Both the position numbers and the translations under genes were made by a program. A stretch of DNA of 26,795 bases. Source: a virus. Taxonomy: Duplodnaviria > Caudoviricetes. The DNA lies in IMG/VR virus record IMGVR_UViG_3300025663_000012, positions 1 to 26,795 of that record; one strand, 5' to 3'. Below, in pieces: positions 1 to 6,741 of this stretch (positions are counted from its first letter, which is position 1; each line of letters begins with the position of its first letter). The notes under the pieces are model-generated. The model made no database searches and was not told the origin of the DNA. It saw only the letters and a program-made list of their open reading frames with translations.

Positions 1-130
1 TAACAATCTCCACACCCTTTGCCCGGCACTCATCAGCAAATGCCCGATAGCGCATCACACAAGGCCGTTTCTTCCATCTGTCGGCCTGAGTCTGTCTTGG
101 CTTTGGCACTGGAACTATATTGAAAAGCAT
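1..130 (-). CDS. rusA: RusA-like Holliday junction resolvase, 5' part (runs off the window)
   Basis: Not in the ORF track. Manual translation from ATG at 130 gives MLFNIVPVPKPRQTQADRWKKRPCVMRYRAFADECRAKGVEIV, matching the PVPKPR...KKRP...RYRAF N-terminus of phage RusA-family proteins. It lies downstream of the replication genes. Confidence 0.7.
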   Translation of the reverse strand, partial: MLFNIVPVPKPRQTQADRWKKRPCVMRYRAFADECRAKGVEIV

Positions 131-154
131 TGAATAGTATTGAATAGTATTGAA
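129..154. repeat. 10-bp tandem repeat ATTGAATAGT, about 2.6 copies
   Basis: attgaatagt attgaatagt attgaa, seen directly just upstream of the rusA-like start. Confidence 0.85.
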
Positions 155-172
155 GGGTACGGATTAATAACA

Positions 173-331
173 TCAACCATCATCCTGTATCTTGTATCCA
201 CAATGTGTGGCCACATCAGCAATACGTTTGTTCAGCGCTGTGATCTCTCTGTTCATCCTGTCAACTTGCTCTAAGAGCGTTTCGATTAAGTCGTTCACTT
301 TCTTGTCAGTTTCTTTAGTCCTGGTTGCCAT
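173..331 (-). CDS. Small coiled-coil hypothetical protein (52 aa)
   Basis: Manual translation MATRTKETDKKVNDLIETLLEQVDRMNREITALNKRIADVATHCGYKIQDDG. RBS-like AAGGAAG upstream; fills the gap in the operon. Confidence 0.7.
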   Translation of the reverse strand: MATRTKETDKKVNDLIETLLEQVDRMNREITALNKRIADVATHCGYKIQDDG

Positions 332-346
332 TATCTTCCTTTCATA

Positions 347-538
347 TCAATCTTCTGGATTACTCTCAAACGATGCCCATTCGCCACAATCAGCACACAA
401 CCCCACCGAATCATGCACAGTTCCCCCCTTTGGCTCCGCACCGCAACAATTACTGACCGGACGAATATTGTCATCATCCATCAACAGGATGCCGTAGGAT
501 TTCATCTCGTCTTTCTCGTCTTTTTCGCGGCTCATCAC
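347..538 (-). CDS. Small Zn-ribbon hypothetical phage protein
   Basis: SNCCGA...LCADCGEW cysteine pairs; ATGA overlap with the upstream gene. Confidence 0.7.
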   Translation of the reverse strand: MMSREKDEKDEMKSYGILLMDDDNIRPVSNCCGAEPKGGTVHDSVGLCADCGEWASFESNPED

Positions 539-1077
539 CCATGCACCAGTTTCAAATGCTTGTCACTTGGACCCGGCAAGTTGTCAGACAATGGCGCTGT
601 TAGTGCAACGTTGTATTTATTCATCAACTCTTTTTGACTCTTGCTGTACCCATTAGCCAAAACATCGGCAACAATGTCATCAAAAGCCAATAGGTAATTG
701 GTCGCTTGAGCATTGAGATAAAACGAGTCCTGGTTGTTTAAATCGTAATGACCTATCTTTGCGCGAAACATCACCCCCAATGGTGTACTGGCGCTCTGCG
801 CTTGTGCCACCAATGCACTAGCTGTGGGTGCTTCAAGTTTGGCTGACTGTGAGCCTATACCGATCTCACGCAAAATATCTGTGATGGATGCTGGCGTTGG
901 CCTCCATTGCGATCGAGTGGAGTTTATCTTCAACGCTTGCATCACATCTTTGAGTGAGTATTCCAGCAACGCATCAAAGCAGATCACCATCACATCTTCA
1001 TCAACAGCCTTACCGGTCACCATTTTGCTGTAGACATTCCACCCATCAGCGAAATCTTCAAAGTCTTTGTCTTTCAT
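535..1077 (-). CDS. Replication protein at the lambda P position (helicase loader/inhibitor-like)
   Basis: Directly follows and overlaps the initiator gene. N-terminal helical domain ...ALLEYSLKDVMQAL...WRPTPASI resembles phage P/G39P-like proteins. Confidence 0.6.
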   Translation of the reverse strand: MKDKDFEDFADGWNVYSKMVTGKAVDEDVMVICFDALLEYSLKDVMQALKINSTRSQWRPTPASITDILREIGIGSQSAKLEAPTASALVAQAQSASTPLGVMFRAKIGHYDLNNQDSFYLNAQATNYLLAFDDIVADVLANGYSKSQKELMNKYNVALTAPLSDNLPGPSDKHLKLVHG

Positions 1078-1790
1078 GTCGTACCCCCTATGGTTCGATC
1101 AACAACAACACCCTCGATAACATTGTCCTCTGTACCGAGGAACTTGCGTTTCAACTGGTATTTGCCTTGTGCTTGATGTGGTTTCTGTGGCTGCATATCA
1201 TCTTCCCAACGATCACCGTTGAGGTAGGTCTGTGGGTTAGGCACATAAACACCACCATCTTCGATCCATTTGCCGTCATTGAGTAATCTTGCTTCAATGT
1301 CCGACACAATCATTTCGCCAATGTCATCCAACTCTCTGCGTTCCCAAATTGCAGCACATTTCTTGCGCTCTTTTTTCTTCGGGTAGACAGACCAGAAATC
1401 ATCGAATGATGTAATATTACTATCAGTCTTATTACTATCAGTCTTGTTAATATTCAGTCTTATTAAGGGCGTCGGTTTCCCACTTGTGGGTTTTGCACTT
1501 GTGGGTTTTGCACTTGTGGGTTTCCGACCAGTGGTTGATTCCTCTAGCTTTCCGACCGTTATCGTTGTTCCATTTGATGTTTTGGTGGTGATATACAGGC
1601 CAATTTGCTTCAATTCATTGGTCGCAGAGCGCCATTTATGACTGCCGATCCCTAGCGTTTTGCGTATCTCTGCCGAGCGAAATACCCAATCTTTACGCTT
1701 ACTACTCATGTACACAAAGATACCAAGAGCATCCATTGACAGGCCCAATTCAAACCAACTGTGATAAACCTTGGTGTATCCCTTAGACAT
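1074..1790 (-). CDS. Phage replication initiator (O-like replisome organiser)
   Basis: N-terminal winged-HTH-like region, central repeat linker (KPTSA x3, KTDSN x2) and a C-terminal FDDFWSVYPKK...PNPQTYLNGDRWEDD domain typical of phage initiators. Confidence 0.85.
   Translation of the reverse strand: MSKGYTKVYHSWFELGLSMDALGIFVYMSSKRKDWVFRSAEIRKTLGIGSHKWRSATNELKQIGLYITTKTSNGTTITVGKLEESTTGRKPTSAKPTSAKPTSGKPTPLIRLNINKTDSNKTDSNITSFDDFWSVYPKKKERKKCAAIWERRELDDIGEMIVSDIEARLLNDGKWIEDGGVYVPNPQTYLNGDRWEDDMQPQKPHQAQGKYQLKRKFLGTEDNVIEGVVVDRTIGGTT
1415..1540. promoter_or_regulatory. Probable replication origin: iterons plus AT-rich repeats inside the initiator gene
   Basis: 15-bp repeats CACTTGTGGGTTTTG at 1481 and 1496, a variant at 1511, and degenerate flanking copies. 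Adjacent AT-rich TATTACTATCAGTCT at 1415 and 1430 with a variant at 1445. Lambdoid origins lie within the O gene. Confidence 0.75.
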
Positions 1791-1792
1791 CC

Positions 1793-1999
1793 CTAATCGC
1801 CCCTATCCGTCTTGTTGCAACTTGGCATATCAATGCCTAATCTGTGGCTGTGTCCATAAAGATGAATGAGTGCCACATGATGCAAATAATCCGCAATCGT
1901 CCGATCATCAAGCGCAGCCAACTTAGACAACGCCAGGTATTCCGAGTCGGTGAATCTCGACTTGACCTCATTGGTTCGTTTCTCATTGCCGACCATCAT
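1793..1999 (-). CDS. Small DNA-binding protein at the CII position, ribbon-helix-helix-like
   Basis: KRTNEVKSRFTDSEYLALSKLAALDDRTIADYLHH has a strand-helix-helix pattern; lies between cro and the initiator. Confidence 0.6.
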   Translation of the reverse strand: MMVGNEKRTNEVKSRFTDSEYLALSKLAALDDRTIADYLHHVALIHLYGHSHRLGIDMPSCNKTDRGD

Positions 2000-2035
2000 T
2001 CACCTCATCAGTTCGATCTGTTCGTTGAATTTGCC

Positions 2036-2062
2036 CAAAAAGAACCCCCGGTTAAGGGGGTT
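2036..2062 (-). terminator. tR1-position hairpin downstream of cro
   Basis: Minus strand AACCCCC-TTAACC-GGGGGTT followed by CTTTT. Confidence 0.55.
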
Positions 2063-2071
2063 AAAGAGGCG

Positions 2072-2269
2072 CTATCCATAGATGTCAGGCCGTAAGTCTT
2101 TGCGAGATATGCGGCCAGATGTAATGCTTTCTATTTTCTGTGCTTGTCGATATGAAATGTTGCGCTGACCCAATTTAATGAGCGATATGAGTGACTCAGA
2201 CACATCAAGTGCTTGTGCTGCTTTTCGCGCCCCACCACAACTGCTTACAAATTCGTTAAATTTATCCAT
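2072..2269 (-). CDS. cro: Cro/YdaS-like repressor
   Basis: GGARKAAQALDVSESLISLI HTH and the IESITSGRISRKDLRPDIYG tail characteristic of YdaS/Cro proteins; divergent from the CI-like gene. Confidence 0.85.
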   Translation of the reverse strand: MDKFNEFVSSCGGARKAAQALDVSESLISLIKLGQRNISYRQAQKIESITSGRISRKDLRPDIYG

Positions 2270-2275
2270 ACCATC

Positions 2276-2304
2276 ATTTTACGAAATGGAACAATATAAC
2301 GCAA
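2276..2304 (-). promoter_or_regulatory. PR-like sigma70 promoter for cro
   Basis: TTGCGT (2304-2299), 17 bp, TAAAAT (2281-2276), then 6 nt to the cro ATG. Confidence 0.7.
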
Positions 2305-2326
2305 CCTTTTTCTTTACAGATTGTAA
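2279..2326. promoter_or_regulatory. OR-like operators (TTAC-N5-GTAA)
   Basis: TTACGAAATGGAA (2279-2291, one mismatch) and TTACAGATTGTAA (2314-2326, perfect). Confidence 0.6.
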
Positions 2327-2354
2327 TAATGACGAGGCGAATGAGTGCCACACT

Positions 2355-2669
2355 ATGTGGATGGGGAAACCATGGCAACAAATAACAAAAGAGTTAATGC
2401 GCGAACAGGGCCGTACATCATCATGGATGGCTGATAAACTGGGCGTAACCCAAGGTGCGTATTCGCGATGGATGGGAGGCTCAAATAACCCTAGGATCGA
2501 AACAATCAGAGCCATAGCTGCTGTCCTACACGTTCCGGCAACCCAACTGATAGACCCAGACATCGACCTACCAGCCGACCACGAGCAGAAATTACTGGCA
2601 GACTTTCGCGAGTTATCCACAGACAACCAGCAAACAATAATCACCCTTATTCAATCACTCAAAAAGTAA
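2355..2669 (+). CDS. CI-like XRE-family HTH repressor without an S24 peptidase domain
   Basis: KELMREQGRTSSWMADKLGVTQGAYSRWMGGSNNPRIETIRAIAAVLHV is a classic HTH_3. The start is likely ATG 2355 or 2361 rather than 2178, which would overlap cro. Confidence 0.85.
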   Translation: MWMGKPWQQITKELMREQGRTSSWMADKLGVTQGAYSRWMGGSNNPRIETIRAIAAVLHVPATQLIDPDIDLPADHEQKLLADFRELSTDNQQTIITLIQSLKK

Positions 2670-2717
2670 TCCTCATTAACAAATGATGTAAGCCGACACT
2701 TACACCCCCCCCCGATA

Positions 2718-2766
2718 TAACGTATCGTAATAAACCCTTGCATTTTATTATTACGTTTTGTAAACT
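2718..2766 (+). promoter_or_regulatory. PL-like promoter with OL-like operators
   Basis: TTGCAT (2738-2743), 17 bp, TAAACT (2761-2766). Operators TAACGTATCGTAA (2718-2730) and TTACGTTTTGTAA (2751-2763), the latter overlapping the -10. Confidence 0.7.
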
Positions 2767-2796
2767 ATCTGTGAACCAAACGAAAAGGCAAAGACG

Positions 2797-2943
2797 ATGA
2801 CCGATTACAAACACTGCACATCAAGACCAGTTCAGCAGCCACAACCAGCAGAATCATGGCTTGAATCTGTGCTGACAGGTATCGCATTCATTGCTTGTTT
2901 GGCAGCATCATGGGCAGTTCTTGCCCTTGTTTCCTTTAATTAG
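2797..2943 (+). CDS. Small membrane peptide (48 aa), first gene of the PL-like operon
   Basis: Manual translation MTDYKHCTSRPVQQPQPAESWLESVLTGIAFIACLAASWAVLALVSFN with a C-terminal hydrophobic helix; AAGG upstream. Confidence 0.55.
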   Translation: MTDYKHCTSRPVQQPQPAESWLESVLTGIAFIACLAASWAVLALVSFN

Positions 2944-2955
2944 ACGGAGAGGATC

Positions 2956-3159
2956 ATGATTAAGAATATGGCTCGACCCTATTTTCAACAGTTGCAACTC
3001 GATGAAGAACAGCGTATTGCAGACATTAAACAAGGCCGTGACGATGCCATTAGCGGCAAACCGTTAGCAGAGCAGTCCTATGACTATTATACCGGGTACA
3101 CACAAGCGCACCTGACTGCTGCATTGAACTTGCTAGGGGGTAAAGATGAACCCATATAG
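2956..3159 (+). CDS. Hypothetical phage protein
   Basis: RBS GGAGAGG upstream; co-oriented with and overlapping the next gene. Confidence 0.65.
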   Translation: MIKNMARPYFQQLQLDEEQRIADIKQGRDDAISGKPLAEQSYDYYTGYTQAHLTAALNLLGGKDEPI

Positions 3160-3427
3160 CGATTTTGCCACCGATGAGCAAAGAGATGGTGTATGCAAAG
3201 CCACCAATCAACACATTGCTATCGACCAAATAGAATTTGCAAAGGTTATGGATCGGGTCCGCAATAAAGCAGACGATGAGGCAGCACAAAAGATTGAGGC
3301 CAAAACTGAACTGCTTGAAGAGTTAGAGAAAATTCTTCTCGATTTATCTTTCAACCAAGCAGCATCACCCCATCTTTATGAGGCTGTTGAAGATGAACGC
3401 GACACGCTGAAAAAGGAACTGTCATGA
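3146..3427 (+). CDS. Hypothetical phage protein (helical, acidic)
   Basis: Operon context; ATGA overlap with erf. Confidence 0.7.
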   Translation: MNPYSDFATDEQRDGVCKATNQHIAIDQIEFAKVMDRVRNKADDEAAQKIEAKTELLEELEKILLDLSFNQAASPHLYEAVEDERDTLKKELS

Positions 3428-4074
3428 ATATCAGACAAAAACTCAGCATCGTTCAGAAGAACCTGGTAGCCAATAAAGGGCAGACCAATTCATTCGGCAA
3501 CTACAGTTATCGCAATTGTGAGGACATTCTTGAGGCGTTAAAGCCTCACCTTGACGGTTGCACCGTTACTCTTTCAGATGAAATGGTGATGGTGGGTGAT
3601 CGTATATACGTCAAATCTACCGCAACCTTTGCCGATGAATCCCATGCCATTGATGTCACGGCCTTTGCGCGTGAACCCGAAAGCCGTAAAGGTTTTGATG
3701 ACTCACAGCTTACTGGGGCAACCGGGTCTTATTCGCGAAAATATGCTTTGAATGGTCTTTTCGGAATTGACGATGTGAAAGACATGGACACGATAGACAA
3801 CAGAAAATACGAAACACTCAAAGCCAAAGTTGGACCAATAGACGAATCCGCTAATGCCGTTCTTGAATTAATAGCTAACCCAGATATAAGCGAGAGTGAG
3901 CAAGACTCAGGTATTCATGAGATATGGTCAGAGTTGTCGCGTGACGAGCAAACTGTGGCATGGAGAGCCATCAGTAAGGGTGGTTATTTTACTCAAGAAC
4001 AAAAGGACTTGATTACACGCGCATCAGCGTCAGCAGCATCAAATTCAACCACAGATAAGGAAAAAGCAGCATGA
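3424..4074 (+). CDS. erf: ERF-family single-strand annealing recombinase
   Basis: NSFGNYSYRNCEDILEALKP...ARE...DDSQLTGATGSYSRKYALNGLFGIDD ERF signature. Confidence 0.9.
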   Translation: MNIRQKLSIVQKNLVANKGQTNSFGNYSYRNCEDILEALKPHLDGCTVTLSDEMVMVGDRIYVKSTATFADESHAIDVTAFAREPESRKGFDDSQLTGATGSYSRKYALNGLFGIDDVKDMDTIDNRKYETLKAKVGPIDESANAVLELIANPDISESEQDSGIHEIWSELSRDEQTVAWRAISKGGYFTQEQKDLITRASASAASNSTTDKEKAA

Positions 4075-4376
4075 GTAAAATAGGAATCAACATAAGCATT
4101 GATGTCAGCAAGATCGACAAAGCAAGGCTATTCAAAGGTAAGAAAGGTACATATATGGACCTGACCACTTTCATTGATCCAGAGAAACCAGATCAGTACG
4201 ATCAGCATGGTTTTATCTGCCAATCCACTTCCAAAGATGAGCGTGAAAAAGATGTTAAAACACCCATCCTGGGTAATTGCAAAGTATTCTTCACCGAGGG
4301 AGGTAGCACTGCTACTGCTGTTGGTGATGCCCCAGTCGTGGGTAATGCTGCATTTGATGACGATATTCCGTTTTAG
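4071..4376 (+). CDS. Phage SSB-like protein
   Basis: Follows erf; IDVSKIDKARLFKGKKGTY...PILGN core and an acidic DDDIPF C-terminal tail. Confidence 0.75.
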   Translation: MSKIGINISIDVSKIDKARLFKGKKGTYMDLTTFIDPEKPDQYDQHGFICQSTSKDEREKDVKTPILGNCKVFFTEGGSTATAVGDAPVVGNAAFDDDIPF

Positions 4377-4385
4377 GGAAAAGCA

Positions 4386-4583
4386 ATGAGCGAATATAAA
4401 TCAGAAAGAAAGGCGCTGACTCAGGCTTTTGAAGCATTAATAAAAGAAATAGAAACACTTGATAGCAGTCCATTCGGGGAAAGGGTGAAAGTGGCCATCG
4501 AACTCATTGAGGCCAGGGTGATGCTGCTTGAGATGAAAGCAATTGATGCTGAAATAGCGATAGCAGAACTAAGAAAGTTGTAA
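4386..4583 (+). CDS. Hypothetical helical protein
   Basis: ORF track; operon context. Confidence 0.6.
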   Translation: MSEYKSERKALTQAFEALIKEIETLDSSPFGERVKVAIELIEARVMLLEMKAIDAEIAIAELRKL

Positions 4584-4636
4584 GGCAGCGCGTAAATCGG
4601 TGAGTGGCGTGGAGTCATGTCCAAACAACCTCCGAG

Positions 4637-4718
4637 GATGCCGGTCCGATCACCTCAAGCATAGGCAGTTTATGATCTTTTTCTGCCTCTCCGGGTTGGG
4701 TGCGGCATCACCCTTTTT
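4637..4718 (+). terminator. Intrinsic terminator with an overlapping alternative long hairpin (candidate attenuator)
   Basis: GGGTG-CGGCAT-CACCC-TTTTT at 4698-4718. Alternative pairing GATGCCG(4637-4643)/CGGCATC(4703-4709) encloses AGGCAG/CTGCCT. Confidence 0.55.
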
Positions 4719-4738
4719 AATAACTAATGAGGTGAGAT

Positions 4739-5005
4739 ATGAGAATTTGGAGAATTAATTTTGATGATAGCTGTGCCAATTACTATGAGTGGTTTGGCAC
4801 AAAGAAAGAGGCCGTAAAACGATGGAATGAGGTGATTCGTGATGCCAAGAAAGCGGAGCAAACAAGAACCATAGAATCACCCTGTGGCGTGGCGTGGACC
4901 TTGTACAGTGGTCAGCCGGAATTAGTAAAAATACCTGATCGGAAAGACGATCTAATTATTTTTCTGAACATATACTTTAACAACGCAGATGGCACAGGAA
5001 CATGA
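4739..5005 (+). CDS. Hypothetical phage protein
   Basis: Strong RBS GAGGTG; ATGA overlap with the next gene. Confidence 0.7.
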   Translation: MRIWRINFDDSCANYYEWFGTKKEAVKRWNEVIRDAKKAEQTRTIESPCGVAWTLYSGQPELVKIPDRKDDLIIFLNIYFNNADGTGT

Positions 5006-5250
5006 CCGAAACGATCACATTAAAGGAACAATTAAACCAGGTAACAAAAAGGGCAGCATATAACAGAGGTTACCTAACTGAACTTATTACGGCATTAAGG
5101 GCCGACCCTTTTGAGGCTTTGGACGAGGTATCAGAGGACGCATATAATAAGGGAAGTCAACAAGCGTCAATCGACATTGCTAATATTCTATCTCCGCTTT
5201 TGCAAAGTACGCTTGACCGCGAAATCACAGACAAGGAATCTGGGCAATGA
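5002..5250 (+). CDS. Hypothetical phage protein
   Basis: RBS AGGA; ATGA overlaps at both ends. Confidence 0.7.
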   Translation: MTETITLKEQLNQVTKRAAYNRGYLTELITALRADPFEALDEVSEDAYNKGSQQASIDIANILSPLLQSTLDREITDKESGQ

Positions 5251-5432
5251 TAGGCTCATTGGTGATAGATCAAACCGACAGTTACGAAATGACCCGGAGC
5301 AAACTGTATAAGGCGCTCGTTGATAGCAATTTCGACAAGTTTTTAGCCAGTGAGTTGCTTGGTCTGAAAATCTATGAAACTCAAAGATTGATGGCTGAGT
5401 ATCAAATTAAAAGACCTTACAAGATGTTATGA
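5247..5432 (+). CDS. Small hypothetical protein, possibly Fis-like HTH
   Basis: ATGA-coupled. KALVDSNFDKFLASELLGL resembles the Fis/HTH_8 pattern AL...N.....AA.LLG. Confidence 0.5.
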   Translation: MIGSLVIDQTDSYEMTRSKLYKALVDSNFDKFLASELLGLKIYETQRLMAEYQIKRPYKML

Positions 5433-5986
5433 AAATTTGTCGCAGATGCACGACTGAAAAGCCAATGGTTAGCTTTTATGTGAACCGGGCAAGGTCAGAC
5501 GGTCGCAACTCAGTGTGCAGGGAGTGTCTGAACGCTGAACGCACAACTTTCATCACTTGTCAGAAGTGTAGTGTTGAGAAAGCATCTAACCAGTTTTATC
5601 TGAGCATCAACCGTGACAGGCGTATGAGCGTGTGCAGTGAATGCTATGGCCCATCACCAACTCGAACCTATGGCGAAAAACCCTACCGACCCAAAGAAAC
5701 CACAACTGCCGACCCAGTTGACTATAAACGCATCAGGTCGCATCTTGCAGCCACCATGAAGCAACTGCCATCTGACAATCGTAAATTGGTTGAAATATGG
5801 AATGACCACACAGATTTCATTTTGCCGCGCAACAGCACAAAAGACCTGCCGCTAAAAGTAATCGGCGAGGATCATCCTCAGAAAGAAACCAAAGATGTTG
5901 CAACCGCAGACCCCAGAACTCAGGCGTTACAAGAACTCAGCAACTATTTTGGGCAGCGTGGACCCAACTATTCAAGTAGAGATTAA
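5429..5986 (+). CDS. Tandem zinc-finger protein
   Basis: Two CxxC...EK....FY......R...CxxC units (CRRC/CREC and CQKC/CSEC); no HNH motif seen downstream. Confidence 0.7.
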   Translation: MKICRRCTTEKPMVSFYVNRARSDGRNSVCRECLNAERTTFITCQKCSVEKASNQFYLSINRDRRMSVCSECYGPSPTRTYGEKPYRPKETTTADPVDYKRIRSHLAATMKQLPSDNRKLVEIWNDHTDFILPRNSTKDLPLKVIGEDHPQKETKDVATADPRTQALQELSNYFGQRGPNYSSRD

Positions 5987-5991
5987 CTACA

Positions 5992-6161
5992 TGGCCTTGT
6001 CATGAGGCATTGTCAACACCAATGCCTAAATCAAGGGTCACCCAGTGGGCGGTGGTGACGGAAGAAAAAACACCCACAGCCGGAGGCGCTAGACCCTCTC
6101 CGATAATCTGCGTATCTGGAAAAGTGGAGCAGATTATTCTCAGAGTCAGCGTTGATCCGGC
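5992..6161 (+). ncRNA. Candidate structured RNA element (multi-hairpin)
   Basis: AGGCATTG/CAATGCCT within TGGCCTTG/CAAGGGTCA; GTCACC/GGTGAC; long stem GCCGGA-GGCGCT...ATAATCTGC/GCAGATTAT...AGCGTT-TCCGGC (6079-6161). Confidence 0.5.
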
Positions 6162-6173
6162 AAACTTACTTTC

Positions 6174-6479
6174 ATGAGGTCACAGATGCAAGACATTATC
6201 AAGAGCGACACAACGATTTACCATGAGCCGTCCAAACCTCGACTTAAATCCTCAATGGGCCGCAAGATAGATTGGCCTATGCTAATCATAAAATTGAAGT
6301 CGCAGAGCGGTCTACGGAATAAAGAGATAGCTAACGACATTGGCATGACTGAGGTGAAGATAGCAAAGATATTGAGTGAGTCTAGCGATTTCAAAGAGGC
6401 GGATCAAGCAGTGGCGTTGCTCGATGCTTACTTGATCTACTGTGATGACACACCTCCGAAAATTGGCGATTTCGAGTAA
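6174..6479 (+). CDS. HTH DNA-binding protein
   Basis: KIDWPMLIIKLKSQSGLRNKEIANDIGMTEVKIAKI HTH pattern; immediately upstream of xis. Confidence 0.65.
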   Translation: MRSQMQDIIKSDTTIYHEPSKPRLKSSMGRKIDWPMLIIKLKSQSGLRNKEIANDIGMTEVKIAKILSESSDFKEADQAVALLDAYLIYCDDTPPKIGDFE

Positions 6480-6483
6480 CACC

Positions 6484-6741
6484 ATGAACCTCGTCACCAT
6501 CAAAAGATTTGCGGATTTGTCAGGCTACAGCGACAATGCGATTAGGACTAAGATCAAGCGAGGCGAATGGACCTTTCACATTACGGCCCCGGATGGTCGG
6601 GTATTAATCAGCATTTTGGGGTATGAGGCATGGGCATCGGGGTCAGAGCAGCAAGCAAGACAACAATCGAAATCACTTTCCAACTTGCCGGAAAGCGCCA
6701 CCGGGAACGGCTCCAGCTTATCCCCACCCCCTCTAACTTAA
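6484..6741 (+). CDS. xis: Excisionase
   Basis: MNLVTIKRFADLSGYSDNAIRTKIKRGEW...APDGRVLISILGYEAW is a typical phage Xis; overlaps the int 5' end. Start taken at ATG 6484. Confidence 0.85.
   Translation: MNLVTIKRFADLSGYSDNAIRTKIKRGEWTFHITAPDGRVLISILGYEAWASGSEQQARQQSKSLSNLPESATGNGSSLSPPPLT

Noticed and set aside
192-2095. Plus-strand ORFs over the PR operon
   Set aside because: Antisense to a tightly coupled minus-strand operon.
2178-2354. N-terminal extension of the CI ORF in the ORF track
   Set aside because: It overlaps cro on the opposite strand and the promoter/operator region; the HTH begins after 2355.
4584-6173. Retron msr/msd, riboswitch or c4/CI RNA identity for the structured spacers
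   Set aside because: No reverse transcriptase nearby and no consensus I could match by eye; left unassigned pending an Rfam search.
6630-6741. xis/int overlap as a novelty
   Set aside because: Overlap of the xis 3' end with the int 5' end is common in this integrase family.
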